A DNA stretch of 64,000 nt, from NCBI GenBank assembly GCA_028285945.1, contig JAPYNE010000010.1, forward strand, positions 1,057-65,056, in the 5' to 3' direction. How positions within the stretch are numbered: the first letter of the stretch is position 1; each line of letters starts with the position of its first letter. The translations under genes were made by a program, and so were the position numbers. Shown piece by piece: positions 1 through 8,687 of the stretch. This DNA is from Gammaproteobacteria bacterium (lineage in GTDB: Bacteria > Pseudomonadota > Gammaproteobacteria > Steroidobacterales > Foliamicaceae). Under the pieces are notes generated by a model. The model was not told the DNA's origin. It did not search any database and saw nothing but the letters and a program-made list of their open reading frames with translations.

Positions 1-529
1 CGGCGATGCCGAGACCGGCCTGGGGGTGGAGATTGGCGGCGGATTCGCTTGGACCTCGCCGTCGCTCGGCCTCGCGCTCGATGTTTCGGGCCGCACGCTT
101 TTGATGCATGAGAACAGCGGCTTTAAGGATTCGGGCGTTTCCGTGGCGCTGTTCTTCGATCCGGACTCGACGACGGGCGCGGGGCCGTCGTTCAGCCTGC
201 GGCAGGACTATGGCGGATTGTCGCAAGGAGGGCTGGACGCCCTGTTCGCATCGGCGCCTCTGGAGCACCGCGCGGGCCTCGCGGCGGCAAGGCGCTGGGC
301 GATGGAGGCGGCCTGGGGCTTCGCGGCCTTCGGCGGCCGCTTCGCCGCCAGCCCGCATGTAGGGTTCGGGCACTCCCATCTGTCGCGCGACTACAGCATC
401 GGCTGGCGTTTGATGCCGGAAGCTGCCAACGCGCCCGACCTGTCGTTCGGGCTCACGGCAACCCGCCGGGAAAGCAGCGGGTATGCGCCCGAGCACATGA
501 TCGGATTCGAGATTCACGGTCGCTGGTGA
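1..529 (+). CDS. Autotransporter-type outer-membrane beta-barrel domain, C-terminal fragment (5' end outside window)
   Basis: ORF is open to the window edge. It is Gly/Ser/Ala-rich with an alternating beta-strand-like pattern. It ends ...GFEIHGRW, an aromatic last residue typical of OM beta-barrels. A GC hairpin follows the stop. Confidence 0.55.
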   Translation, partial: GDAETGLGVEIGGGFAWTSPSLGLALDVSGRTLLMHENSGFKDSGVSVALFFDPDSTTGAGPSFSLRQDYGGLSQGGLDALFASAPLEHRAGLAAARRWAMEAAWGFAAFGGRFAASPHVGFGHSHLSRDYSIGWRLMPEAANAPDLSFGLTATRRESSGYAPEHMIGFEIHGRW

Positions 530-535
530 ACATGA

Positions 536-571
536 GCGGGCGCCCGTTGGCAGCGGGCGCCCGCCTTCTTG
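536..571 (+). terminator. Putative intrinsic terminator after the autotransporter gene
   Basis: 11-bp stem gcgggcgcccg / cgggcgcccgc with a 7-nt loop, followed by cttctt (weak U tract). Confidence 0.4.
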
Positions 572-673
572 AAGGAGGGACTCGAATCCGGCGTTTGCCC
601 GCCTTGGGTTTCGGTGTGCTTCGCCCTCATTTTCGTTAGACTTGCGCCGCTATTGCCGATAAGGAGCATGCGA

Positions 674-970
674 ATGTCTGCATACATCGTTGTGGCGGCG
701 CGCTTGGACAAGCGCACCGAGGGATTCATGGAGTATTCGAGGCGCGCCGGCGAACTGACCCGCCGCTGCGGGGGCGAGTACATCGTGCGCGGTCCTGCGG
801 AAACGGTTCTGGAGGGCGATATGTGGAGCCAGCGCCCCTGCGTCATATCGCGCTGGCCCTCGCTGGAAGCCGCCAAGGCGTTCTGGAACAGCGAGGAATA
901 CCAAGAGGTGCTCAAGCCGCTGCGCGCCAATACCGGCCTCTACGACGTGGGCCTGTTCGAGGGCAGCTAA
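674..970 (+). CDS. DUF1330 family protein
   Basis: MSAYIVVAARL...YIVRGPAETVLEGDMW...ISRWPSLEAAKAFWNSEEYQEVLKPLR matches the DUF1330 pattern as I remember it. AAGGAG lies 7 nt upstream of the ATG at 674, so the longer ORF from 569 is unlikely. Confidence 0.8.
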   Translation: MSAYIVVAARLDKRTEGFMEYSRRAGELTRRCGGEYIVRGPAETVLEGDMWSQRPCVISRWPSLEAAKAFWNSEEYQEVLKPLRANTGLYDVGLFEGS

Positions 971-1156
971 CCGCCTTTTTGCCATGGCGCCCGCCCGGGG
1001 TGCCAGCAGGGCGGCGCCGAGAAGGCTTGGGACTGAGCGAAGGAGGCCCTCGGTCGATGCTGCGTGCCGGCGCGCCACTTCCACAGGCGTTTTCCATGTG
1101 CAACAGGGTTCCTGAATCCAGGGCCGCCGGGCCGATAAGGATTTTCTGACAGCGCA

Positions 1157-2251
1157 ATGAGCCAGCCTGCCCCGCATGTCGAGTACCTCGCAGTTCACAA
1201 GCGCTACGCGGATTCGGACTGGGTGGTGCGCGACCTCGACCTTGAGTTGAATCGCGGCGAGTTCCTCACTCTGCTGGGCCCGTCGGGTTCGGGCAAGACC
1301 ACCTGCCTGATGATGCTGGCCGGCTTCGAGCCGGCCACGACCGGCGATATTCGCATCGACGGCGTGTCGGTGGCCGGGCTGCCGCCGGACAAGCGCGGCC
1401 TCGGCGTGGTCTTTCAGAATTACGCGCTGTTCCCCCATATGAGCGTGGGCGCGAACCTGGCCTTTCCTCTGGAGGTGCGCGGCCTGAGCGCCGGCCAGCG
1501 CCGCGAGCGCGTCGCGCGGGCGCTGGAGCTGGTGCGCTTGGAGGACTTTGAGGACCGCCGGCCGAACCAGCTTTCCGGCGGGCAGCAGCAGCGCGTGGCG
1601 ATTGCGCGGGCGCTGGTGTTCGAGCCGGAACTCGTGCTGATGGATGAACCGCTGGGCGCGCTGGACCGGCGCCTGCGGGAGCAATTGCAATACGAAATCC
1701 GGCGCATTCAGCGGCAGCTTGGAGTGACCGTGCTGTACGTGACGCACGATCAGACCGAGGCCATGGCGATGTCCGACCGCGTGGCCGTTTTCCGGGCCGG
1801 TCGGATCGAGCAGGTGGCCACTCCGGAGGTTCTGTACGAAGAACCGCAAACGCCCTTCGTGGCCAGTTTCATCGGCGAGAACAACCTGCTGAAGGGTCGG
1901 ATTGCGTCGGTTGGGCGCGGCGTCTGCGAGGTGGAAGTGGCGGGACAGCGCTTGCAGGCCGCCCATATCTCGGATCTGCCTCCGGGCAGCGAAACGCTGG
2001 TTGCCATTCGCCCGGAGCGGGTCAACATCGCGCCGCTGCCGATGCGGTATTCCAACGAGTTCGAGGCCCTGGTGGAGGACATCAGCTTTCTCGGCGATCA
2101 TCTGCGCGTTCGCTTGGAGGTTTGCGGCAATTCGGATTTCATCGCCAAGATCCCCAACATCGTGGGGCATGGCGGCATTCTGCCGGGCGACCAGGCTCGA
2201 ATCGGCTGGGGCGCGCTGGATTGCCGGGCGCTCGAGGCTGCAAGCTATTGA
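1157..2251 (+). CDS. ABC transporter ATP-binding protein (PotA/spermidine-putrescine-like)
   Basis: Walker [13 protein letters not shown] signature [15 protein letters not shown] and Walker [15 protein letters not shown]-terminal TOBE-like region is present. First gene of a 4-gene importer operon. Confidence 0.9.
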   Translation: MSQPAPHVEYLAVHKRYADSDWVVRDLDLELNRGEFLTLLGPSGSGKTTCLMMLAGFEPATTGDIRIDGVSVAGLPPDKRGLGVVFQNYALFPHMSVGANLAFPLEVRGLSAGQRRERVARALELVRLEDFEDRRPNQLSGGQQQRVAIARALVFEPELVLMDEPLGALDRRLREQLQYEIRRIQRQLGVTVLYVTHDQTEAMAMSDRVAVFRAGRIEQVATPEVLYEEPQTPFVASFIGENNLLKGRIASVGRGVCEVEVAGQRLQAAHISDLPPGSETLVAIRPERVNIAPLPMRYSNEFEALVEDISFLGDHLRVRLEVCGNSDFIAKIPNIVGHGGILPGDQARIGWGALDCRALEAASY

Positions 2252-2274
2252 AGAGAAGAAGACAGGAGCATGGC

Positions 2275-3390
2275 ATGAATGAGCATTTGCTGAAAATTTT
2301 CCGGCCGGGGGCTGCGATGTCGGCGGCGCCTTGGCTGGCGCTGTTCCTGCTGGCGCCGGCAGGCGCTGTTTCGGCGCAGTCGATCACGGTGGTTTCCTGG
2401 GGCGGTTCGTATGCGCGGGCCAGCCAACAGGCCTATCACAAGCCGTTTGCCGATGAAACCGGCATCGAGGTGCTGCTGGAGGACTACAACGGCGGATTGG
2501 CGCAAATCCGCGCGCAGGTGGATGCCGGCGCGGTGCATTGGGACGTGGTCGATATGGAGATGTCGGATGCGCGCCTGGCCTGCGACGAGGGGCTCATCGA
2601 ACTGATGGATCTTGCGGATCTGCCGGCGGGCGTGAACGGCGAAGCGCCTGAAGACGATTTTCCGGCCGAATCGGTTTCCGAGTGCGGCGCGGCATCGCTG
2701 TTCTACTCCACGGTCTTCGCCTATAACCGGAATTTCCTGCAAGGCCCTGCGCCGGAAACCATTGCGGACTTCTTCGATCTGGAGAAGTTTCCCGGCCGCC
2801 GGGGCATGCGCCGCTCGCCGCTGGTGAACCTCGAATTCGCGCTGGCGGCCGACGGGGTGTCCTTAGACGAGGTGTACGCGGTGCTGGATACGCCCGAGGG
2901 CCTGAGCCGCGCTTTCCGCAAGCTCGATACGATCAAGGACCAGGTGGTTTGGTGGGAAGCCGGCGCTCAGCCGCCCCAGTTGCTTGCCGACGGCGAAGTG
3001 ATGATGAGCACCGCCTACAACGGTCGCATCTTCAATGCCCAGGTGCTGGAAAACCAGCCGTTCGTGATTGTGTGGGATGCCCAAGTGCTGGACAGCGGGC
3101 TATTGGCGATCGTTGCCGGCACGCCGCGCTACGAGGCAGCCAGGCAATTCGTGCTGTTCGCTAGCCGTCCGCGCTCGATCAGCAATATCAGCCATTACAT
3201 CTCCTACGGCCCGGTGCGCGTTTCCGCCCGGGCGCTGGTGGACAGGCATCTCGAAACCGGCATCGTTATGGAGCCGCACATGCCCACCTCGCCGGAGAAC
3301 CTGAAGCGGTCCCTGGAGCTGGACTGGCGCTGGTGGAGCGAGAACCGCGACGAAATGCACGAGCGCTTCAGCGCCTGGCTGGCCCGCTGA
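2275..3390 (+). CDS. ABC transporter periplasmic substrate-binding protein (PotD/PotF-like family 1 SBP)
   Basis: Signal peptide MNEHLLKIFRPGAAMSAAPWLALFLLAPAGAVSAQS. AGGAG sits upstream of the ATG at 2275. Position is between the ATPase and the permeases. Confidence 0.85.
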   Translation: MNEHLLKIFRPGAAMSAAPWLALFLLAPAGAVSAQSITVVSWGGSYARASQQAYHKPFADETGIEVLLEDYNGGLAQIRAQVDAGAVHWDVVDMEMSDARLACDEGLIELMDLADLPAGVNGEAPEDDFPAESVSECGAASLFYSTVFAYNRNFLQGPAPETIADFFDLEKFPGRRGMRRSPLVNLEFALAADGVSLDEVYAVLDTPEGLSRAFRKLDTIKDQVVWWEAGAQPPQLLADGEVMMSTAYNGRIFNAQVLENQPFVIVWDAQVLDSGLLAIVAGTPRYEAARQFVLFASRPRSISNISHYISYGPVRVSARALVDRHLETGIVMEPHMPTSPENLKRSLELDWRWWSENRDEMHERFSAWLAR

Positions 3391-3397
3391 ACCCGCT

Positions 3398-4609
3398 TTG
3401 AAACGGTTGCTGCCCAGCCTCCAGGCGGCGCCGCCGTTGGGCGCTTTGGCGCTGGTTCTGCCGCTTCTGGCCTTCGTGACGCTCAGTTTCGTTGTTCCGC
3501 TGGCGACGCTGCTCAGCAAGAGCGCGTACCAACCGGAAGTCTCGGAGGTCTTTCCGGAGACGATGCACGTGCTCGCCCGGTGGAACGGCGAAGGGCTGCC
3601 TCCAGAGGCCGCTTTCGCCGCCATGGCCGGAGAGCTCGCGAAGGCGCTGGACGAGCGCGCGCTGCCGCGTGCAAGCGGCGCTATCAATCGTGTGCAAGGC
3701 GGCATGCGCGGAGTGCTCAATCTGACCGCGCGGCGGCTGGCGCGGACCGATTTCGCCGGCACTTGGCGGGAAACGCTGGCCGGAATCAGCGGCGACTGGC
3801 TTCAGCCGCGCACCTGGCTCGCAATCCGGGAGGCCGGCGCGCCGTTCACCTTGCGGCATTACCTGCAAGCCCTCGACCTTGAGCGCAAGGAGGACGGCAG
3901 CATCGGATTTCGCCCGGAAGACAGCCGCGTCTATACGCCGCTGATGTGGCGCACGCTGCTGGTGAGCCTGGGCGTGACGCTGCTATGCCTGCTCATTGGC
4001 TATCCCATCGCCTGCATGATCGCCAATTCGCCGCCGAAGCGCAGCCGGCTGCTGTTGCTGCTGGTGCTGGTGCCGTTCTGGACCTCGCTGCTGGTGCGCA
4101 CCACGGCCTGGATCGTGCTGTTGCAGCGCCAAGGCGTAATCAACGGCCTGCTGGTTGGCCTCGGGATCCTGCCCGACGATGCCCGGCTGCAAATGATCTA
4201 CAACATGACCGGCACCTTCGTGGCCATGACCCATGTGCTGCTGCCGTTCATGGTTCTGCCGCTGTACTCGGTGATGCGGTCCATTCCGCCGTCGCACATG
4301 CCGGCCGCCGTTTCACTGGGCGCTTCGCCGCTTAAGGCGTTCCGGCGGGTCTATCTGCCGCAGACGCTGCCCGGAATCGGCGCCGGTTCGCTGCTGGTGT
4401 TCATTCTTGCGATCGGCTACTACATCACGCCGGCGCTGGTGGGCGGGCGCACCGGGGAGTTGATTTCCAGCCAGATCGCCTACCATGTGCAGACCTCGCT
4501 GAACTGGGGGCTGGCGGCGGCGCTGAGCAGCATTCTGCTGGTGGCCGTGACCGTCCTGTATCTGATCTACAGCCGCGTGGTCGGCATTGAGCGCATGAGG
4601 CTGGGCTGA
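3398..4609 (+). CDS. ABC transporter permease (PotB-like, with a long periplasmic N-terminal insert)
   Basis: Multiple hydrophobic helices and an EAA-like loop region (SLGASPLKAFRRVYLPQTLPG). Start is TTG at 3398; the exact start is uncertain. Confidence 0.8.
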   Translation: MKRLLPSLQAAPPLGALALVLPLLAFVTLSFVVPLATLLSKSAYQPEVSEVFPETMHVLARWNGEGLPPEAAFAAMAGELAKALDERALPRASGAINRVQGGMRGVLNLTARRLARTDFAGTWRETLAGISGDWLQPRTWLAIREAGAPFTLRHYLQALDLERKEDGSIGFRPEDSRVYTPLMWRTLLVSLGVTLLCLLIGYPIACMIANSPPKRSRLLLLLVLVPFWTSLLVRTTAWIVLLQRQGVINGLLVGLGILPDDARLQMIYNMTGTFVAMTHVLLPFMVLPLYSVMRSIPPSHMPAAVSLGASPLKAFRRVYLPQTLPGIGAGSLLVFILAIGYYITPALVGGRTGELISSQIAYHVQTSLNWGLAAALSSILLVAVTVLYLIYSRVVGIERMRLG

Positions 4610-4610
4610 G

Positions 4611-5516
4611 ATGAGGAGCGCGCCGAGCGCAGGCAAGAGCCTTGGCAGCGAGGGCATCCCGCCCTCCACGAAGGCTGCGGCGCCTTCGTTCCTAGGCAGG
4701 CGGTTGGGCCGCTACGGCTTCAATGCGCTTTGCGTTGCGGGCTTCGTGTTCCTGCTGGCGCCGATCCTGGTGATCGTGCCGCTGAGTTTCAACGCCGAGC
4801 CCTACTTTACTTTCACCGAGGGCATGCTGCGCCTGGACCCGGATGCTTGGTCCCTGCGCTGGTACAACGCCGTCCTGAACGACGAAGCGTGGGGCCGGGC
4901 GCTGGTCAACAGCCTGCTGATCGGCGTTGCATCCACGATACTGGCCACCGCCTTGGGCACGCTCGCGGCGCTGGGCCTGGCCAGCCCGTCCATGCCGGGG
5001 CGCAGCTTGGTGACCGCGGTGCTGATATCGCCCATGATCACGCCGATCGTCATTGTGGCAGTGGGCGTGTTCTTCTTCTACTCGGGCCTCGGTCTGGGTC
5101 AGACGCACGCCGGATTGATCCTTGCCCATGCCGCGCTGGGCGCGCCGTTCGTGGTGATCACCGTGACCGCCACGCTGGCCGGGTTCGACCGCACCGTGCT
5201 GCGCGCGGCCGCCAGTCTCGGCGCCGGGCCCATGCGCCGCTTCTTCCGGATCCAGTTGCCGATCATCTCCCCGGGGGTCTTTTCCGGGGGCCTGTTCGCA
5301 TTCGCCGCTTCGTTCGATGAGGTGGTCGTTGTGCTGTTCCTAGGAGGACTGGAGCAGCGCACCATACCGCGCCAGATGTGGGCCGGCATCCGCGAGCAGA
5401 TCAGCCCCGCGATTCTGGCCTTGGCCGTGTTCCTGATCGCTTTCGCCGTTTTGGCCCTGCTCACCGTTGAATGGCTGCGGACCCGTTCCGCTTCCGCGCC
5501 AAGATCGGCGGGCTAG
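4611..5516 (+). CDS. ABC transporter permease (PotC-like)
   Basis: Six predicted TM stretches and an EAA loop AASLGAGPMRRFFRIQLPIISPG. The ATG comes 1 nt after the preceding stop. Confidence 0.85.
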   Translation: MRSAPSAGKSLGSEGIPPSTKAAAPSFLGRRLGRYGFNALCVAGFVFLLAPILVIVPLSFNAEPYFTFTEGMLRLDPDAWSLRWYNAVLNDEAWGRALVNSLLIGVASTILATALGTLAALGLASPSMPGRSLVTAVLISPMITPIVIVAVGVFFFYSGLGLGQTHAGLILAHAALGAPFVVITVTATLAGFDRTVLRAAASLGAGPMRRFFRIQLPIISPGVFSGGLFAFAASFDEVVVVLFLGGLEQRTIPRQMWAGIREQISPAILALAVFLIAFAVLALLTVEWLRTRSASAPRSAG

Positions 5517-5708
5517 CCCCTCGCGGCTGAAGGCAATGTGAGCATGCGGGGGCGGTTCGTTGCCGCCCGGCGGCGCCGGTTCCTTCATCATCGCCCGCCG
5601 TGAAGAACGTGCGGGCGATGCGAGAGCGTAATCCAATACGGACATGAGTCTGAAGCAGAATGCGGGCGCCGCATTGGCTTTGATTTGCGCCGTTGCGGGT
5701 TGGCGTAT

Positions 5709-6716
5709 ATGATCCGGGGCATGGATCAGGCGCTCCACAGTAAGGATGTGGCGCGGCCCGCAGTTTCCGGCGGGCCGGAGCATCCCCAGTTTCCCGGCTG
5801 CCATCCGGTTCGCATTTCGCGCGACGAAATCAGGACTTGGGAAGGCCGCATCGAATTTTGGGACGCGGACACCGAAATCGCCATGGTGTGCGAACCCACC
5901 ACCTGGTACCACGAAGTGCCGGGGCAGCGGCTGGCCCGGCTGGCGGGGCTGATCGCCGCAGCGCGGGGTTCGCAGATCGAGGCGGCGGGGTCGTCCGACC
6001 TGCTGCTGCGCAACGCCCGTCGCGAGTGGTGGCGGATCATGCAGCCGGATCAGATGCTGTTCCTCAACCAACAGGAATCCGAGCCGGAGGCGCTGGCCGT
6101 GGAAGTGGGGCTAGACCGGCTTCCCGATGTGGCGCTGGAGGTGGATAACACCACGGATGCGCGGCGGGGCAAGCTGGGCCTGTACGAGGCTTGGGGCTTC
6201 CCGGAGGTGTGGGTGGAAGTGCCGGAGCATTCCGCGCCGAGCCGTCCGGCCTCGCTTCGCCCGGGCCTTACGATTCACCTCGCCTCCGAGAGCGGTTTCC
6301 GGCAGTCGCCGGCGAGCCGCGCTTTTCCCGGCTGGACCGCTGCGGAAATCCATACGGCACTGAATGAGCCGACGCTATCCGCGCAGACGGCGACGGCCCT
6401 GCGCCGGGTGGGCCGGGCCATGGGCGAGGCCGAAGGCACCGGGCCGGATGATGATCTGTTCCTGCGTGAAGAAAGGGCCGAGGGGCGCGCCGAGGGACGT
6501 GCGGAAGGCCGCACGGAAGGCATCGCCCGGGGGCGGATTGAAATGCTTCAAACCGTTGTGGCGCAAGTGTTTGAGTCGCGCGGCCTCACCGCTACTCCCG
6601 CCATCCTCAAGCAAATGGAGCGGATGAACGGCGTTTCCCCTGCGGCTGTGACACAAGCCGCCCTCACCTGCCGCGACGCAAAAGATTTCCTGCGTAAACT
6701 CGCTATCAAATCCTGA
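5709..6716 (+). CDS. Uma2/DUF820-like PD-(D/E)XK nuclease fused to a DUF4351-like C-terminal tail
   Basis: The core PDVALEVDNTTD...KLGLYEAWGFPEVWVEVP resembles the Uma2 motif PD..vEVlSpst...K...Y...GvpeyW. The C-terminus EGRAEGRAEGRTEGIARGRIEMLQTVV..RGL resembles the (EGRQ)n tail of Rpn/YhgA-like proteins (DUF4351). Start is uncertain (TTG 5685, ATG 5709 or ATG 5721). Confidence 0.55.
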   Translation: MIRGMDQALHSKDVARPAVSGGPEHPQFPGCHPVRISRDEIRTWEGRIEFWDADTEIAMVCEPTTWYHEVPGQRLARLAGLIAAARGSQIEAAGSSDLLLRNARREWWRIMQPDQMLFLNQQESEPEALAVEVGLDRLPDVALEVDNTTDARRGKLGLYEAWGFPEVWVEVPEHSAPSRPASLRPGLTIHLASESGFRQSPASRAFPGWTAAEIHTALNEPTLSAQTATALRRVGRAMGEAEGTGPDDDLFLREERAEGRAEGRAEGRTEGIARGRIEMLQTVVAQVFESRGLTATPAILKQMERMNGVSPAAVTQAALTCRDAKDFLRKLAIKS

Positions 6717-6842
6717 TGTCAATCTTCCCGCCGCCAGCCTCACGTAACGCTCCGCCGCCCCCACCGCAGGTCTTGCCAAACCTAACGGCATGGCCCTCAC
6801 TCTTTGATTTCAAAGAACCGATCCTGTCCTAACGAACTCGGC

Positions 6843-7190
6843 TCAAGCCGCCCGCACCTTCACGAGCGTTTTCCCAAGGTTGCTCCTCAGCGCTGAGACA
6901 ACCTTCGGAACCAGCGGCTGCAGGTCTTCAAGCAAATTATTGGGTGGTGCCTCCAGCAGCACAATCGCGATTGGAAGACGACCTAAATTCTGTTGGCTCC
7001 GGATATTGCGATCAATCGTGATGAACGCGGTAAATCCGTGGTCCGCGGCACACTGAAGTAATTCTCCGTTCTCCAACCCGCCCCATCCCATCTTAGGCGC
7101 GGTTGTGACCTCAACGTTGTATGGAAAACTGGCAGCCAGTTTCCTTGGCACGCACTCGTCAAGTAGCAGCTTCGGCGGCAACGGGGTCAA
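6843..7190 (-). CDS. DUF5615 family PIN-like putative toxin
   Basis: N-terminal LLLDECVPRKL is typical of DUF5615. It overlaps the upstream DUF433 gene by 32 nt, a toxin-antitoxin-like arrangement. Confidence 0.7.
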   Translation of the reverse strand: MTPLPPKLLLDECVPRKLAASFPYNVEVTTAPKMGWGGLENGELLQCAADHGFTAFITIDRNIRSQQNLGRLPIAIVLLEAPPNNLLEDLQPLVPKVVSALRSNLGKTLVKVRAA

Positions 7191-7413
7191 TGGTTGGCTC
7201 CGACAATCGCTTGTTAGCCTGCTGGATCAGCCACATTGCCTGCTCCCGCTTGACCGTAGGAAATTGGTCCAGATACTCTTCCAGACTATATCCCGCTTCC
7301 AGATAATCCCACAGGCTCCGGGCCGGGACACGTGTGCCGATGAACACCGGAGCACCATGCATTATGTTGGGATTCGACTGTACGACTTTGTTGTCCATAG
7401 CCGCCTCGATCAT
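7159..7413 (-). CDS. DUF433 domain protein (putative antitoxin partner of DUF5615)
   Basis: NPNIMHGAPVFIGTRVPARSLWDYLEAGYSLEEYLDQFPTV matches the DUF433 signature (G.P.i.GTRipv..v......G.s.eei...yP). Confidence 0.75.
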   Translation of the reverse strand: MIEAAMDNKVVQSNPNIMHGAPVFIGTRVPARSLWDYLEAGYSLEEYLDQFPTVKREQAMWLIQQANKRLSEPTIDPVAAEAAT

Positions 7414-7578
7414 AGCATTGCCTCCTCACTGGCACTTTCTTCTCCCGTCAGCGAATTGCACCCCAGTATCTTTTCAGGATTATTGGATGCCGTGAAAGGC
7501 ATGAAGAATTGCGATTCAAGGTCGAATCCGCACAGACAGTTTATTTTATGGGTGAAGGCGCTAGGATGGCGCGGTGGC

Positions 7579-8304
7579 CTATCGTTCCGTATAGTGCTGG
7601 TTGAGTACTGCATTGCTCTTCAGAAACTTTATAAGAATTTTCTCCAGCTGTTTCCTTAGATCATCATCGGGCACTTTAATGTAGGCACCCTGTTTAACGA
7701 TGGGTTCTTTGAACCAGAATTTATCCTGATGGTTTTTGATGCGGTCGCAGATACTTTCCGACTGTCCAACGTAAATCGGTCGATCGGCTATGTCGTACAG
7801 GACGTAAACGCCCGCGCAATCCGGTATTTCGTCTTTCACATGCGGTGAGAAATTCTCAAAACTGCCTAAACCGGGAATCTCGTTGTTTCTTTTCGTTTCT
7901 TCGATCACTTCGCTTGCTACGCTGTCTTTCTGGCTATGTCCCAAGGCTTCAGCCAACTTTCTCATCGTTTCGCTGCGGGGATTTGCGACCTTGCCCATAA
8001 TGAGGTTGTCGATTGTGGCTGGATGAACGCCTGATTTCTGAGACAATTTGATGCGGTTAATGGGCTTCTTTCTCATTTCTTGATCAAGCCACTTGCCGAA
8101 CTTCTCGCCATCAAAGCCGCTTCCTGCATCAATTGGCTCAAACAGTTTCTCAAGTTTCTTCCGATATTCTGAGCTCGGCGATTTACCATTCTCCCAATGG
8201 GAAACCATCCCCGAGCTCGCATCAATTTCTTTTTCAACTGCGGCTTGCGTCAAACCGGCTTGGAGGCGGGACATCTTTATCCAATTGCCAAACTTGTTAG
8301 TCAT
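7579..8304 (-). CDS. Double HTH (XRE-type) domain protein with a C-terminal GIY-YIG nuclease domain
   Basis: Two XRE-like HTH segments: RLQAGLTQAAVEKEIDASSGMVSHWENG and RIKLSQKSGVHPATIDNLIMG. The C-terminus is GVYVLYDIADRPIYVGQSESICDRIKNH...LEKILIKFL...LNQ, i.e. GIY..YIG..R..H..E..N. The gene is markedly low in GC (22/60 G+C counted on line 7581-7640). Confidence 0.75.
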   Translation of the reverse strand: MTNKFGNWIKMSRLQAGLTQAAVEKEIDASSGMVSHWENGKSPSSEYRKKLEKLFEPIDAGSGFDGEKFGKWLDQEMRKKPINRIKLSQKSGVHPATIDNLIMGKVANPRSETMRKLAEALGHSQKDSVASEVIEETKRNNEIPGLGSFENFSPHVKDEIPDCAGVYVLYDIADRPIYVGQSESICDRIKNHQDKFWFKEPIVKQGAYIKVPDDDLRKQLEKILIKFLKSNAVLNQHYTER

Positions 8305-8360
8305 GTATGTTGGGTCTCCAGAATTAGCAATAGCAAGTAACTATAAAGTGGGGCGATTAA

Positions 8361-8612
8361 CTACTTCCTCCGAGTGATCTTTCTGATGATGAGACCGTGC
8401 AAGAGAGCGCGCCTGATTTCGCTGTTGCCGGCTTTGCTGATGAAACGAGTTGCGAGTTGCACCAGCTCACCTAACCCCAACAGCAGTAATAACGCAACGA
8501 ATACGAACGCGCCTGCGGTAGCGCCAAAGATCAACGCGCAAAGGCTGGTCACACCGAAGACGAATCCGGCATAACCAAGCAGCTTCAGCAGCCCATCATT
8601 CACTCTCGACAT
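8361..8612 (-). CDS. Small membrane protein with two predicted TM helices, hypothetical
   Basis: GYAGFVFGVTSLCALIFGATAGAFVFVALLLLLGLG is hydrophobic and the tail IIRKITRRK is basic. AAGGA lies 4 nt upstream of the ATG. Same strand and same low-GC block as the HTH-GIY-YIG gene. Confidence 0.5.
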   Translation of the reverse strand: MSRVNDGLLKLLGYAGFVFGVTSLCALIFGATAGAFVFVALLLLLGLGELVQLATRFISKAGNSEIRRALLHGLIIRKITRRK

Positions 8613-8687
8613 GTCATCCTTCGTTGATTGAGGTGTTGGCGAGCCACTGCGTGATGAAAGGTAAGCGGCGGGCCAGTGCCATGCGGA

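Noticed and set aside
650-2170. 506-aa ORF on the minus strand
   Set aside because: It is antisense to the clearly real DUF1330 and ABC ATPase genes. Its Arg/Ala/Gly/His-rich, low-complexity translation is typical of spurious long ORFs in high-GC DNA.
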